Source: Octopus sinensis
Lineage: Eukaryota
Direction of reading: 5' to 3'
NCBI RefSeq assembly: GCF_006345805.1
Contig: NC_043002.1
Coordinates: 33,542,001 to 33,606,000 of the forward strand
Length of the DNA: 64,000 nucleotides
This document shows positions 24,335 to 37,099 of the stretch, piece after piece. The notes beneath the pieces are model-generated. The model had not been told where the DNA came from. It was given only the letters and a program-made list of their open reading frames with translations, and did not search any database. A program made the position numbers and the translations under genes. How positions within the stretch are numbered: the stretch's first letter is position 1; the number at the start of each line of letters is the position of its first letter.

Positions 24335-25304
24335 CGAGATTGTATCAAAAGGTTCCCGTACTAGTTATATTTAATAAGAAAATAACTTATTTAACAAAGT
24401 TTTAACATCATCTCCTTTGAAATAGTTATCTTGCGCAGCAATACACCTGTCCACGCGTTTCTGCCACTGTTGGAATCCGGCCTGGAAGTCGTTTTCCGGA
24501 AGCGATTCGAGGACCTTCTGCGATTCACTCTGAATCTCTACAACGGTGTTAAAACGGCGATTTTTAGCTACGTTTTCATCTTAGGGAAAAGATGGAAATC
24601 TGCAGGTGCTAAATCCGATGAACAGGGCAAGTGCGAAAGCGATACCATGTTATTTTCGGAGAGAAACTCACGAATGAGAAGAGCTCGGTGGCAGGGTGTC
24701 GTGAAGAATCCAATTCTTCGCACTCCATAGATTCAATCGCTTTCGTAGTATGTCCTTCCTCAAACGCTTCAAAACGTCGAAGTAGAACTCTCGATTGACG
24801 GTCTGGCCCTGCACAATGTCGCGGATGTCGAAAAACACGATGAGCATGCTCTCGATTGATCTGCGACTCTGTCGTGCTCTCTTCGATCGTGGAGATGAAA
24901 AACTCTTCCATTGTGATGACTGCTGCTTCGTTTCAGGGTCATAACTGTAGACCCAACTCTCGTCACCAGTGATAATCCTTTGAAAACATTGCTTACGAAC
25001 CATCGCCTCGTCGCCGTAAGCTTGCCGAAGTATGCTCAATGCCCCTGTGGCAGATTTACCAAGTTTAACGCAAAATTTCACGTTGGCTCTTTGTTTCAAC
25101 TTCTTGTCCATGACAAAAATCGCAGACTACAGCATACAGGTGATCACAAAAACGCAAATTTCACAACTTGCGAAGTAAACAGCGGTGTCACTTGGCACAC
25201 TGCCTCATAAAGGTCACTACTAGTTCTCACTACGCACGCAATCGTGTACTGCCATTTGTTGGCGCGCTACAGAACTAGGCCGGGAACTCTTTGAAACCAT
25301 CTCG
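24335..25304 (-). mobile_element. Mariner (different family), internally deleted
   Basis: TA TSDs; TIRs CGAGATTGTATCAAAAGGTTCCCG / CGAGATGGTTTCAAAGAGTTCCCG; ORF 24668-25111 (QRANVKFCVKLGKS..., ITGDESW, NWILHD). Confidence 0.92.
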
Positions 25305-25452
25305 TATGTATGTCTCATTTTTCAGTTTATTTCAAGATTTCATGCCAATAGAGAAAGGGTCAGTTTCTAACCTAGATCCAAAGTTCCTTCATTGGAATTT
25401 CAACATCAGCAACAGGGTATTTTTATATGAATTTATATATGAATGTACGTAC

Positions 25453-25483
<31 letters not shown>

Positions 25484-25544
25484 TGTATGTATGTATGTAT
25501 GTATGTATGTATGTATGTATGCATGCATGCATGCATGTATAGTA

Positions 25545-26810
25545 CAGATTTGTGCTTTGTTTTATGTCTTCTTATGCATAAACTTGCATATCTAGACATA
25601 CTCATATATACTTAAATGATATTCTTCCGGAAAGTTGTTTAGATTTTTACAGTTCCTATAATGGATTGAATCTGTAGTCTTCGAATCAGCTTTCTCCATT
25701 CTAGTTTTGAGGAGCCTAATTTCTCAAGATTGGTATTTATGTGTTACATATCCCAGTGCTCCAATAATCAGAGTTATAAACCTGAACTTGTAATCTAAAT
25801 AGAATAACTGCATTTTTCTTAATAGCTCTATCTCACGGATTTTCAGCTTTATGTAAACATCCGCTGGGCAGCTAATTTCCACAACTGTACACAGTCTCTC
25901 TTCTCTATCTCAAATCAATATGTCAGGTCTATTGTGTTTACATTTTATTGAGATTCTCACTGGAACATTCTACCATTACTCCTTTTTATTATGATTGGCT
26001 ATCCTTTCTACCACACTGTGGGTTCTTATTTCTTTGTCCTCGGGTTTATCCTTTCGATGGATCTCGTTATACAGTGTTCTAGCAACAACATTATGTCTCA
26101 TCGGTAGATAATTACGTGATTACATTTTCGGACAACGGCTTATGATGGAGGTGACATCTTTGGTGTTAACTTCACAAAGTCAGCATCGGTTGTAACATCA
26201 TACTGTTTTTCCTGCATCTCTGTCCCTTTTGTGCATCAGGTATTTAGTTGATATTTCCTGTTCCTTGATTGCAAATGCATACCCTTCGAAGTGGGAGGTA
26301 GTAATCTGGTTGTGGGTCCATGATAGACTGGTTTCGTGATCAATGTTACTATCATCTCGGAGCTTTCTACTAACATATCCATGGTCTTCTGCTCATATAC
26401 GTTCGTCCTTTCATCTTATACGTTGCGGTATAGTCGTGCGACTTCTTTGGACATGTATTTAAGGTTGTCAGACAAGGAATGCTGCTCAAGGAGCCACCTT
26501 CCAAGTTTTATGGTGTTATCAGCCTCATGTATGCAAACTTGGTCAAGGGATACACTTCGACACTTACTGGTTAAAAGATGTCATCGAAGGGATATGATAC
26601 GGCATTCAAAGGCATTTTGGATCGATGTTAAGCCTCTGCCGCCTTGCTTCTGTTTTGGGTAGAGGCGGTCTACGTCACTGTTTATATGGAAACTATGTGT
26701 GCTTGTTAGTATTTTTCGAGTTTTCACATCGATGGCTCAGATCTCAAGCGTCCAATCAAGCAGCCCAAATGTTCGTATGAGTACTGGCACTGCAAGCACA
26801 TTGTGGGTCA
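25545..26810 (-). mobile_element. R4-like RLE LINE remnant flanked by (CATA)n tracts
   Basis: YLPRKQGGRGL and KHNRPDILI motifs in broken frames. Confidence 0.75.
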
Positions 26811-27424
26811 TGTATGTATGTATGTATGTATGTATGTATGTATGTATGTATGTATGCATGCATGCATGCATGTATGTATGTATGTATGTATGTATGTATG
26901 TATGTATGTATGTATGTATGTATGTATGTGTGTAGCGTTGATGTGAACTATTTGGGGGTTTGGACAATAGCAACATATATGTTTAAAAACGAGCTCTTCG
27001 GACTCTACTGTGTATCGCCGAGAAAGAGTTTATAATGGCAATTTCCAAGAGCTTGCACAATCACTATAGTTCCAGACAAAATGCTATTTGATAATTTGTT
27101 TCGGTCCTTTACCTTTTACGCTCAAAGTACATCGAAGTCAACTTTGCTTTCATCCTTTTGAATAATCTATATTCATCCCCAGAAATCTGTGGCCTCTTGT
27201 CATTGTTAGGAATAAATTCGTGTCATATGAGAACGCTGTAATATAAAATCTGCGATTTAGATCCGATCTTTGTGTTTGTTCACTTAATATACTCAATCTT
27301 GGAGTAAAAACAAAAACACTTTCATTTGCGGCACAACGATATATTTATGGTTACTAGACATTTCTTTTAGTTATAATCTACATTTGCGTTTACTTCTAAA
27401 ACGTGTTTCTAAATTAAACAAATG

Positions 27425-27565
27425 TCACATTTGTAGCAGTAGCATATAAAGTATTACAGGTATAGCAGGGACACATGTAAAGAGTCAAAATTATAGCAGT
27501 GACACATATGAGGTGTAACAATAATAGCAGGGACATATATAAAGAGTCACATTTGTAAGATTGGC
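27425..27565 (+). repeat. Degenerate ~31-bp minisatellite
   Basis: atagcag(g/t)gaca(c/t)at.taaagagtca units, about 4 copies. Confidence 0.7.
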
Positions 27566-28329
27566 ACACTCAAACAAATCGCTAAGTAAAACTTCTATTT
27601 TCATTTGACTCTAGATTATTACGTTCTATAAGAAGGTTCGAATCCGAGTTTGCAAGATTTAACTAATTTTCACTAAATCTATTAACTCATTTTCAAAACA
27701 TTCATAGCAAGTAGTATTGTGCACATACTCGTATTGAGTGCATACCCATATTATTTAGTCCCTAACATAGGCATACAACCTCAAATTTGAATGGACTGTT
27801 AATTCAACTCCAGCACTTGAGTTGTATTTTGTATCAACCTTTAAGAAATGAACGAGGTCAACGTAGGTGGGATTTGAACTCGGTACATAAAAATTTATCC
27901 ACGGTTACTATAATGGCCTCTGTCTTCGGATCTGGTTGAGCTCATGCCGTCTTCACTCATCTCTTCACTTATCACCCTTCTTGTAACCAACCCCACCAGG
28001 CCCCACATTAATCATAAACCCAGTTCTTCCTTCGAAATATGTTGGCACTCTAGTTTCTCCACTCCTCATATATTTACTGTTGGTGTTGACTTGCAAAGGT
28101 TCAAATCATTAATAACATAAACCATTCTGACCTAACAGGTTATGGACACTGCTCCTTCCTCAACGTTCAGCAGGTAAAAATTATCTAACTTAGACTCTTC
28201 ACATCAAATCTGCCCTGTTATAAATGAAGCATATCAGTCATGTCTCCAACTGCAAAAAGACAGAATTACTACTGGCATATCGATGAAATATGTTGTGCAT
28301 CATCCTTTCTAATCTTGCACAAAATACAA

Positions 28330-28523
28330 GGTGTATTCAAGAAATTTTGAGACATTTTCAGGACAGATATTTATTATTTTATTTACATTATTTACATTCG
28401 ACGGATATTTGTCCTTATCTTTGTTGTTAACACAACGTTTCGGCTGATATACTCTCCAGCCTTCTTCAGGTATCTTGGGGAAATTTCGAACCTGGGTTCT
28501 CATTCCTAAGGTATTTTTCGATG

Positions 28524-28575
<52 letters not shown>

Positions 28576-29080
28576 CATTATTATTATTGAGTGAGAGAGC
28601 AGTGCATGCGATCAAAGTGACACTGGAGCAAAATATATGAAGCCCATTATACCCATCATGACTACCCGTCTGATAAGGGTACACCCGACACATGCATCAC
28701 AACCATATGTGTGCGACATGGTGATCTCATATCACATGACCTTGCAGGTGGGGCCCAGTTAGAATTTTCTTCTGGTCGAGTAACCCATCCCGCTCAAAAG
28801 GTCCCTGATTAAGGGTTGTTTAAAGATGTTGAACAAAACACCCATGTTTCCAAAGGTGAATTATTCAAACCCCAAAGAATCTCTCTCAACACATGGCTAT
28901 GATGCTCCCCCACTACTTCTGCTCGTGATCAGAGATGTACATTTTGTCGGCCACTAAGGGACATGCTCAACTGATTAAGGTCAAGCAACTGACAAGCAAA
29001 TTTGTGGTATTGAGCAGAATATTTGCTGTAGCCATCTATTATACCAAGACATAACAATGTATATGATAACACTTCCAATC

Positions 29081-29136
<56 letters not shown>

Positions 29137-29365
29137 TCTACTACTACTACTACGACTACTACTACTATTATTGTTGTTGTTGTTGTTAGTCCTCAGGTCA
29201 CTGCTTGGAATCGAACTTGGAATCTTGGGGTTAGTAGCCCGCGCTCTTAACCACTACACCATATGCCCGCGGGCATATGAGAACAAGATGAAGACAAATA
29301 TCCGTCGAATGTAAATAATGTAAATAATGTACATAATTCCTCATCTCTTAAATATAGAGCAGATA
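28330..29365. mobile_element. Composite repeat: Penelope-type pLTR pieces in inverted orientation around an interspersed repeat (28589-29050) and an antisense tRNA-like head
   Basis: 28380-28425 is the reverse complement of ~29283-29335; 28865-29030 recurs at ~53675-53825. Confidence 0.7.
28429..28474 (-). ncRNA. Minimal type I hammerhead ribozyme motif in a Penelope-type repeat
   Basis: GAUAC-CUGAAGA-A-GGCUG-gagaguauau-CAGCC-GAAA-CGUU-GUGUU; stems I and II pair, stem III is the palindrome AACGUU. Confidence 0.75.
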
Positions 29366-29394
29366 TTTATTAATTTCAAAGAAGTACAAAACTC

Positions 29395-29560
29395 TAATCT
29401 CCTTCCAAATAGGATCTTCTGACTTAAATGGACTTGTAGCGCTCCAACCGCTTTGTGAAAGCACCACGGAAGTCCTCCAAAGTGAAGGTGCCCAGAACCT
29501 TTGCCACAGCCTTTTTTATCTTCTTAACGTCTTCAAAGCGAACATTGAAATGCTGATAGT
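29395..29560 (-). mobile_element. Mariner transposase C-terminal fragment
   Basis: Reads RFEDVKKIKKAVAKVLGTFTLEDFRGAFTKRLERYK. Confidence 0.65.
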
Positions 29561-29644
29561 ATCCTCTACGTTTAAAAAACCTCTGTTCCCTTCCTTTCTT
29601 TCTTCGTTAGTTGAGTATGTAATCATTAACATTATTATTAATTT

Positions 29645-29945
29645 CATAATTCCGCCGAGGTCGGCTTTACCGTTCATCCTTTCGGGGTCGATAAATTAAG
29701 TACCAGTGGAACGCTGGGGTCGATGTAATCGATAAGTATCCGCCCCAAATTTCAGGCCTTGTGCCTATCGTAGAAAAGATTATTATTAATATTATTATTA
29801 TCGTTGTTAAGGCGGCGAGCTGGCAGAATCGTTACCGCCCAGGACAAAATGCTTATCGGTATCAGAGTCGATGAAATAAGTACCAGATGGGCACAAAGGT
29901 CAATGTAATCGACTAAATTTACCTCTAATATAGCTGGCTCCTTGT
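29645..29945 (+). mobile_element. Two partial SINE-A copies
   Basis: aattccgccgaggtcggcttt... and aaggcggcgagctggcagaatcgtt. Confidence 0.8.
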
Positions 29946-31311
29946 GCCATCATTATTATTATCTGCACTGCATTTTGTCTCGCCTCTGCCACGTATCTAT
30001 TATTATCTATCATTACTTCAACCAGAGTTTTGGTAAACCATGTAAAGCTGTTTAGGCTTAAGTAAAGGTTGACTGAGTAGACCTCTGATGAAAATCACTT
30101 CAAGAGTAACCAATTATTTTAAGAGTATCTAGGACTAGATTACTGAAATGTTCCTTCCGTTTTCTTTAAATAGTAGGGTATTATTTGATGACTATTTTAT
30201 TTTTTGTCAGAAAATGAAGAACGCATTGCAAGTGAAAGATGTCAAATAAACAAAACAGAGATGGTCGTAACTTAACAGGGAGTTGATATTGGAGTTGCAG
30301 AGGAGAATGTTACTCGTCTATATATTCATTATGACCGAGGAAGCTTAAATTTTTCGCAAACCCAGAGATAATATAATACAAAAAGGGGTAAAACAAACGT
30401 TCTCCGATCTAATAAGATGTAGTGTTTTCTATAAACTGCGACTATACATGTATAGTCGCATGGTTAAGAGAATTCGCTAAAGCAATTCGTTTTACTTCCA
30501 GGTTCGATCCCACTGCTCAATAATTGTTTTCTACTGTAGCTGGCTCTGGTCGGCTAAAATTGTGTAAGTTAAACTAGATGGACGTATTTGTGTGGACGTC
30601 CCAAACGTTTCTCATCATGAGCATTTTTAGGGGATTCCAATCTGTATTCGAGCCATGTCTCCTATTTGCTAATAACTTCTTACTTTCTTCCCACCAATGT
30701 AAAAAAAACTTTAAAAGAGGACCAATACTTTGTCCTTACTCCGGTGTCTATGCAATTAAACTAAAGAATTAATATTTGTTAATTACTTTCTAGAGGCTTC
30801 CTCCCATAGTAATTATATTTAAAATAAAAGGATTTTTTTAATGCTGGAGTAAGGAATATTTTGCAAGTGAGGGGTGTTAGTCATCTCAGCAGATTTGTAG
30901 AAAAAAATAAAAACTAAATATTAAACACGCCATGTCGTTTAAAATAAGATATAATAGTGAAATATTTAAACTTACCTTTTTTAAAAGCAATTTTATCTAG
31001 AACGTAAGATATATGTGTGAGTATCAATTGATTGATTGATTGTTTGATTGATTGTGTAAATATACAGTCTAAGGAGATAGACAGACTCCGGTGAGTACAA
31101 AGTGGCTTGAGGTAATTAGTTACGGTCCTTTATATTCCGAGTTCAAATTCCGCTGATGTTGGCATTTCTATTGAATCTCCCAGGAATGATAAAATAATGT
31201 AGCAGATCAATATAATTAACGCCAGTCATTGATTGATGCCGCTCTGATCACAGAAACGCCAAGCAACAAATGAATACATTTACACGCACTTTTACGTGGA
31301 AAAGTGAATAA

Positions 31312-31313
31312 AG

Positions 31314-31365
<52 letters not shown>

Positions 31366-31376
31366 CAGACAGACAA

Positions 31377-31442
<66 letters not shown>

Positions 31443-31464
31443 CGATAGATAGATAGACAGACAA

Positions 31465-31546
<82 letters not shown>

Positions 31547-31551
31547 GGATG

Positions 31552-31628
<77 letters not shown>

Positions 31629-32225
31629 AATTCTATCTGATGATAAATGTATACTCTACATAATTTTCTTTTTATCTATAGGAAAGTGTGCATGTATTTT
31701 GTATAGCAAGTCCATTTCCAGGTGAATGCAATAATGAACAATCAACAGTGTGAAAGTACAATAAATATCAGTATTGTTGTTTATCTTTAAAGGATTAGGG
31801 CAAAAAGTTTCCGCTTTGTGTAAATACGTTCAAATTAAAAAGTGGAACAATACAATGTCGGAAATATTATAACAGGAAAGGTAGAGAAAGAGGATGGTCA
31901 AAGAGAGAGTGGAGAACGAGATAGAGAGAGAGAGAGAGTTATAAACAACATGCATATATGCACCGATAATTTACAGGCATTAAAAGAAACCTATTCAATG
32001 ATAGCCAATCAAAATCCAATTTTAATGTTTTATATATACATACATACACACACACATACATACATACATGCATGCATGCATGCATACATACATACATACA
32101 TACATACATACAAACATACATACATACATACATACATGCATGCATACATACATGCATACATACATACATACATACATACATACATACATACATACATACA
32201 TACATGCATACACACATACATACAA
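31312..32225. repeat. (GATA)n (31312-31626) and (CATA)n (32030-32225) microsatellites
   Basis: Direct reading. Confidence 0.95.
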
Positions 32226-32560
32226 GCGTGGATGTGTGTTAAGAAGCTTGCTTCCTAACCATATGGTTCGTGGTTCAGTCCCACTGCGTGGAACCTTGGG
32301 AAAGTGTCTTCTACTATTGCCTAGGGCCGGCCAAAGCCTTGTGAGTGGATTTGGTAGATAGAAATTGAAAGCTCATCGTGTGTATATATGTGCCTATGTC
32401 GCGCGCGTACGTGCGTGTTTATTTATATATGCGTATCTTTGTGTCTAAATTTGTCCCTCTACCATTGCTTAACAACCGATGTTGGTGTGTTTAAGTCCTT
32501 ATGATAGCGGTTCGGCAAAAGAGACCGATAGAAGAAGGACTAGGCTTACAAAGAACAAGT
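32226..32560 (+). mobile_element. tRNA-derived SINE family B
   Basis: gtgttaagaagcttgcttcctaacc...ccttgggaaagtgtcttctacta...ggttcggcaaaagagaccgatag. Confidence 0.85.
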
Positions 32561-32844
32561 CCTGTGATCGGATAGATAGATGATAAAAAGAAGGACGGGA
32601 AAAGCAACGAAATATGGACAGCTTAGATTTTGGGGGCCAGCGAGATTTGAATAGTCTCAAGTGTAACCGGCCCAAATTGTAGGGATAATCAGGAAACTTG
32701 ACTGAGGAGTGAAGGCCACGAATGGCCCGTCCTTGTTTTTTCCTGTCCCTTTTTGTTGTTTTTCCTGCCTGTTTTTGTATCATCTATCTGTCCGGATGTT
32801 TTATTGTCATCTGTTGCGTTCTTGTTCCATTTTGGGGATTTGTG

Positions 32845-32889
<45 letters not shown>

Positions 32890-33930
32890 ACAAGGTCTAA
32901 ATTGATGCTATAAAAACAAAGCTACAACACGTACCAATTTGGCATTTAATCTCGTTCAAAGTAGTCCCTTTCGAAAGCCATACACTTAATCCAGCGCTGT
33001 TTCTATTGATTGGAGTATTCCTGGAACTCGTTTTATGGGATAATCAGCAGCTGCCTTGTTGCATTCACTTTCATTTCCTCGACGTCCTGAAATTTTCTTC
33101 CTTTCGAGCTGAATCTGATTTTTGGAAAGAGAAAAAATTGGCAATGGGCGAGATCTGGGGAATACGGTGGCTGTTGGACGTGGGGAACGTTGTGTCTAGT
33201 CAAAAACTGCTGAACAAGCTGCGCTGAATGGGCAGGTGCATTGTCAGGGTACAATTGCCACACACCGGACACATGCAATTGAGGCCTTCTCCAGCGAATA
33301 GCATCCCGCAAACGCCGCAAAACGTTATGGTAGTTCTACTTGTTTATTGCCTGGCCAGGTGGCGTATACTCCATGAACGATCCCCTTGTAGCCAAAGTAA
33401 ACGGTCAACAGTACCTTCACATTACTTCGACTCATGAGAAATTGGGGTCTTCCACTGCGAAGACTGAACCATTGTTGCAGGGTCATAGCCATAGACCCAC
33501 GATTCGTCACCCGTTACGACCGTTTTCAAAAAGTTTTGATTGTTCTCAGCACATTCAAGGAGATCTTGTTCAACTGAAATCCGAGTGTTTTTTTTGGGGG
33601 GGGGGGTCTACAGTTTTACACTTTTCGCACAAACTTGGCAGATACGCGTCTCATATCCAAATCTTCAGTGATAATGGACTAAACTGAGCCGTAACTAATC
33701 TGCACATCCTCTGATTACTCACGGATGTCGATTCGATTTCCTCTCAGTTGCACGCACGTCTGCGATGTTTTTTTTTCAGTTCTGCTGTTTGCAGGTCTCC
33801 CAGATCGTTCGTCACTATCGACATTTTTTCGGTCATCTTGGAAAACGTCTGAACCACTCGTACACTTGTGTGCGGCTCATACACTCCTCTCCATACACTT
33901 TCTGCAACTCTGCGTAGGCCCCTGAGTAGG
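32890..33930 (-). mobile_element. Mariner remnant, 5'-truncated
   Basis: SRTQVYEWFRRF...ERSGRP, KVLLTVYFGYKGIVH, DNAPAH...PPYSPDL fragments. Confidence 0.9.
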
Positions 33931-33954
33931 TGTATTCTGAGTGTGTGTATATTC

Positions 33955-34335
33955 TTTTATTTTATTTTCATGTCATTTGACTGCGGCCATGCTGGAGTAC
34001 CGCCTTTAGTCGAACAAATCGACCCCTATGGCTTGTTCTTTGTAAGCCTAGTACTTATTCTATCGGTGTCTTTTGCCGAAAAGCTAGGTTATGGAGACGT
34101 AAAGACACCAACATCGGTTGTCAAGTGATGGGGGGGCAAACCCATACACACAAAGATACGCACGCACACACACACACGCACGCACACACACACATATATA
34201 TACGACGGGCTTCTTTCAGTTTCCGTCTACCAAATCTCCTTTGGTTGGCCCGTGGCCATAGTTGAAGAGACCTGCCCAAGGTTCCACGCAGTAGAACTGA
34301 ACACGGAACCATGTAGTTGGTAGGCAAGCTACTTA
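33955..34335 (-). mobile_element. tRNA-derived SINE family B
   Basis: Reverse complement of the same family, with an internal (CA)n. Confidence 0.85.
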
Positions 34336-34383
34336 CCAAAAACCTCTCCTGTGCCTATATATCTATATAACATATGATATTTG

Positions 34384-34451
<68 letters not shown>

Positions 34452-34524
34452 CACAAACACACAGTTATATATACATATATGTATATAAAGCAAAACAGGG
34501 AGTGATGATGACGACGACGACGAC

Positions 34525-34587
<63 letters not shown>

Positions 34588-35699
34588 GGTGGTGGTGATG
34601 ATGGTGTATTTAGTGTGGTAGCCAATTGAAGGGTATTAGAAAGGGATCGTGTATGAAAAAAATAGCAAAGCAGTAAGGGTAAGAGATTTGAAATAAAGGG
34701 CCCATGAAAACCGTTCATGCGTACATGGTTAAATTCACATAAGTATGAACACATATACGAACATAAGCATACATGCTTGTATGTATGCATGCGTCTATGT
34801 ATATATTTTTTTGTCTGCATGCTCATATGTATATATCCATAAGAGTATATAATCATATTCAGTATTCGCCCCACAGTGTATGTTTATAGTCGTAAACGAA
34901 TAGTCCTTGTATGCGCGTATTACCGAGAGTGTGCGTGTATGTATGAGTGTGTGTATCTATGTGTATGTGTGTCAGTGTCTGTGTATCTGTATACATAAAT
35001 CCGCTCCAGCAAACCGTGATCAAAAACTGTGCTTCATTAGGAACTCATCAAACGGCAATAGAATAACAAGATAACCCGATTATTCTTGAACAAATAAATA
35101 TAGAAATCGGAGATAATTATATTTCGTAGAACAATGTGTAACGATGATGGTGCAGAACGGGGAATATAGTTGGGTTGATAGTTGTAAGGAAAAAAAATAC
35201 AATTTGCAGGTAGCTGTGGGGTATGGGCGTTGTTTATAGCGGTGATGATAAAGCATTGCGGATATAGTTATCGCAATAGTTGTGGTGTAGAAATATAGTC
35301 GAAGTTGTAACTGACTGTGATGTATGATTCATGGCGTACGGTGTCTATTGTCTAGAGTGGAGGATATAGTTTTGGCGCTGGTTAACTGTTGTATATAAAT
35401 GTTATTGGGGTGTTGGTTTACTATGGTGTATTTTGGTAATGATGTGGAGTAGAAGACATAGTTGGGGTGATGCTTCACCGTGGTAACGAAATATGATTGG
35501 TGTGGTTGTTGACTCTAATGTATGGTGGACGGGGAAGTGTATGTGATACACTCGGGTGATAGTGGTGATAGAAATATGGAAATATGTGGTAGTTGAGTGT
35601 GGTGGGTAGCTGTTAGATATAGGTGGTGATGCTCTTGATATATGGTTCGTAATATGGCCGACTGTGAAAATACGATTTCATAAGTTTTAATACTCAAGG

Positions 35700-35872
35700 A
35701 AATTTGGGAAGAACTGACTAGAAATAAGTATTTATCTAGGAAACGAGTTATGTCTAAAGTCTTATGTAATAATTACCCCTTCCTTTAACACAACTAAAGA
35801 AAGACGGTTGAACGTCCATTTGGCAAGTATATACGAACAAGACGCGCGTGCAAAAACGTACATATATGTGTA

Positions 35873-35915
<43 letters not shown>

Positions 35916-36240
35916 GTTATATAACTCCACAGAAAGAGAAAAAGAAGTATATGGGACAAACCACCATACAAGTAAAAACCCGTTAGCAAAAGTCTATTTC
36001 AACTTTTACGAAAATATTTTCCGTCTAGCTGATAAAAAATACAAAAAATACAAACTAATGCATAATAATATCATAAAAATGTCTTACTCTACGACGCATA
36101 ACTTCTCTTAAATAATAGCTACTTCCAACCAAGCGAAACTAAACCAAAATTCCGTTGACAATAATGAAAATAATCGCAACTGCCACAATAGAAAGCATGC
36201 CCTCTTCTAGGAAAATGTTTACTACAGAAATAGGTTCTTC
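35700..36240 (+). mobile_element. Penelope-like retroelement fragment (RT-to-GIY linker)
   Basis: Degenerate RSIW..PPY..VKT and N.IKMSYS...N...II motifs, interrupted by (TA)n. Confidence 0.55.
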
Positions 36241-36294
36241 TGCAATTGTTCATACATTGTAGTAGAAAATATCTGTGGGCTAATGAAGTTCATG

Positions 36295-36300
36295 ATATTT

Positions 36301-36363
<63 letters not shown>

Positions 36364-36399
36364 CATTTGTATATATATGTATATATGTGTATATTTATA

Positions 36400-36449
<50 letters not shown>

Positions 36450-36488
36450 GTATATATATATGTATATATATGTATGCATGTATATATA

Positions 36489-36519
<31 letters not shown>

Positions 36520-36548
36520 AATGTATATATATATGTATATATGTATGC

Positions 36549-36584
<36 letters not shown>

Positions 36585-36612
36585 GTATATATATATGTAT
36601 ATATATGTATGC

Positions 36613-36680
<68 letters not shown>

Positions 36681-36690
36681 GTATATATAG
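36295..36690. repeat. (TA)n/(TG)n microsatellite
   Basis: Direct reading. Confidence 0.95.
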
Positions 36691-37099
36691 GAGAAATATA
36701 AAAGGTGCAAAAATGCTCGAGAATCAGTATACACCACATGGCAAAATTATGAAGCGAAAATATGTCGAAAACATACAAAAGCGGGGAAGAGAAATGCCTT
36801 CATTTCACAAAGTTTTAATACCTCTTTATAAAAAAATATGTATACATATTTTATGGATGGTAAAAGTCTGATAAAATGTAGTGATATCCAGCCGGTTTTC
36901 GCTATTTACATTAGCTTTTCAAGAGTCATTGTAAAGTAATAATTCCTTGAGATAAGGAATCACGCCATTTTGCATTTCTTGAGAAGTAAAAATGAATGGA
37001 AAGAGTGGATAAAGGGAGTCAACAGGTGGTAAGGGGGACAACTACCTCCTCAGCATCATTGAATAGTGGTAAATAAATTTGATTTTGAAATAGCAAAGC

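Noticed and set aside
27425-27565. CRISPR-like array
   Set aside because: The units are degenerate tandem repeats without unique spacers, there are no cas genes, and the context is eukaryotic.
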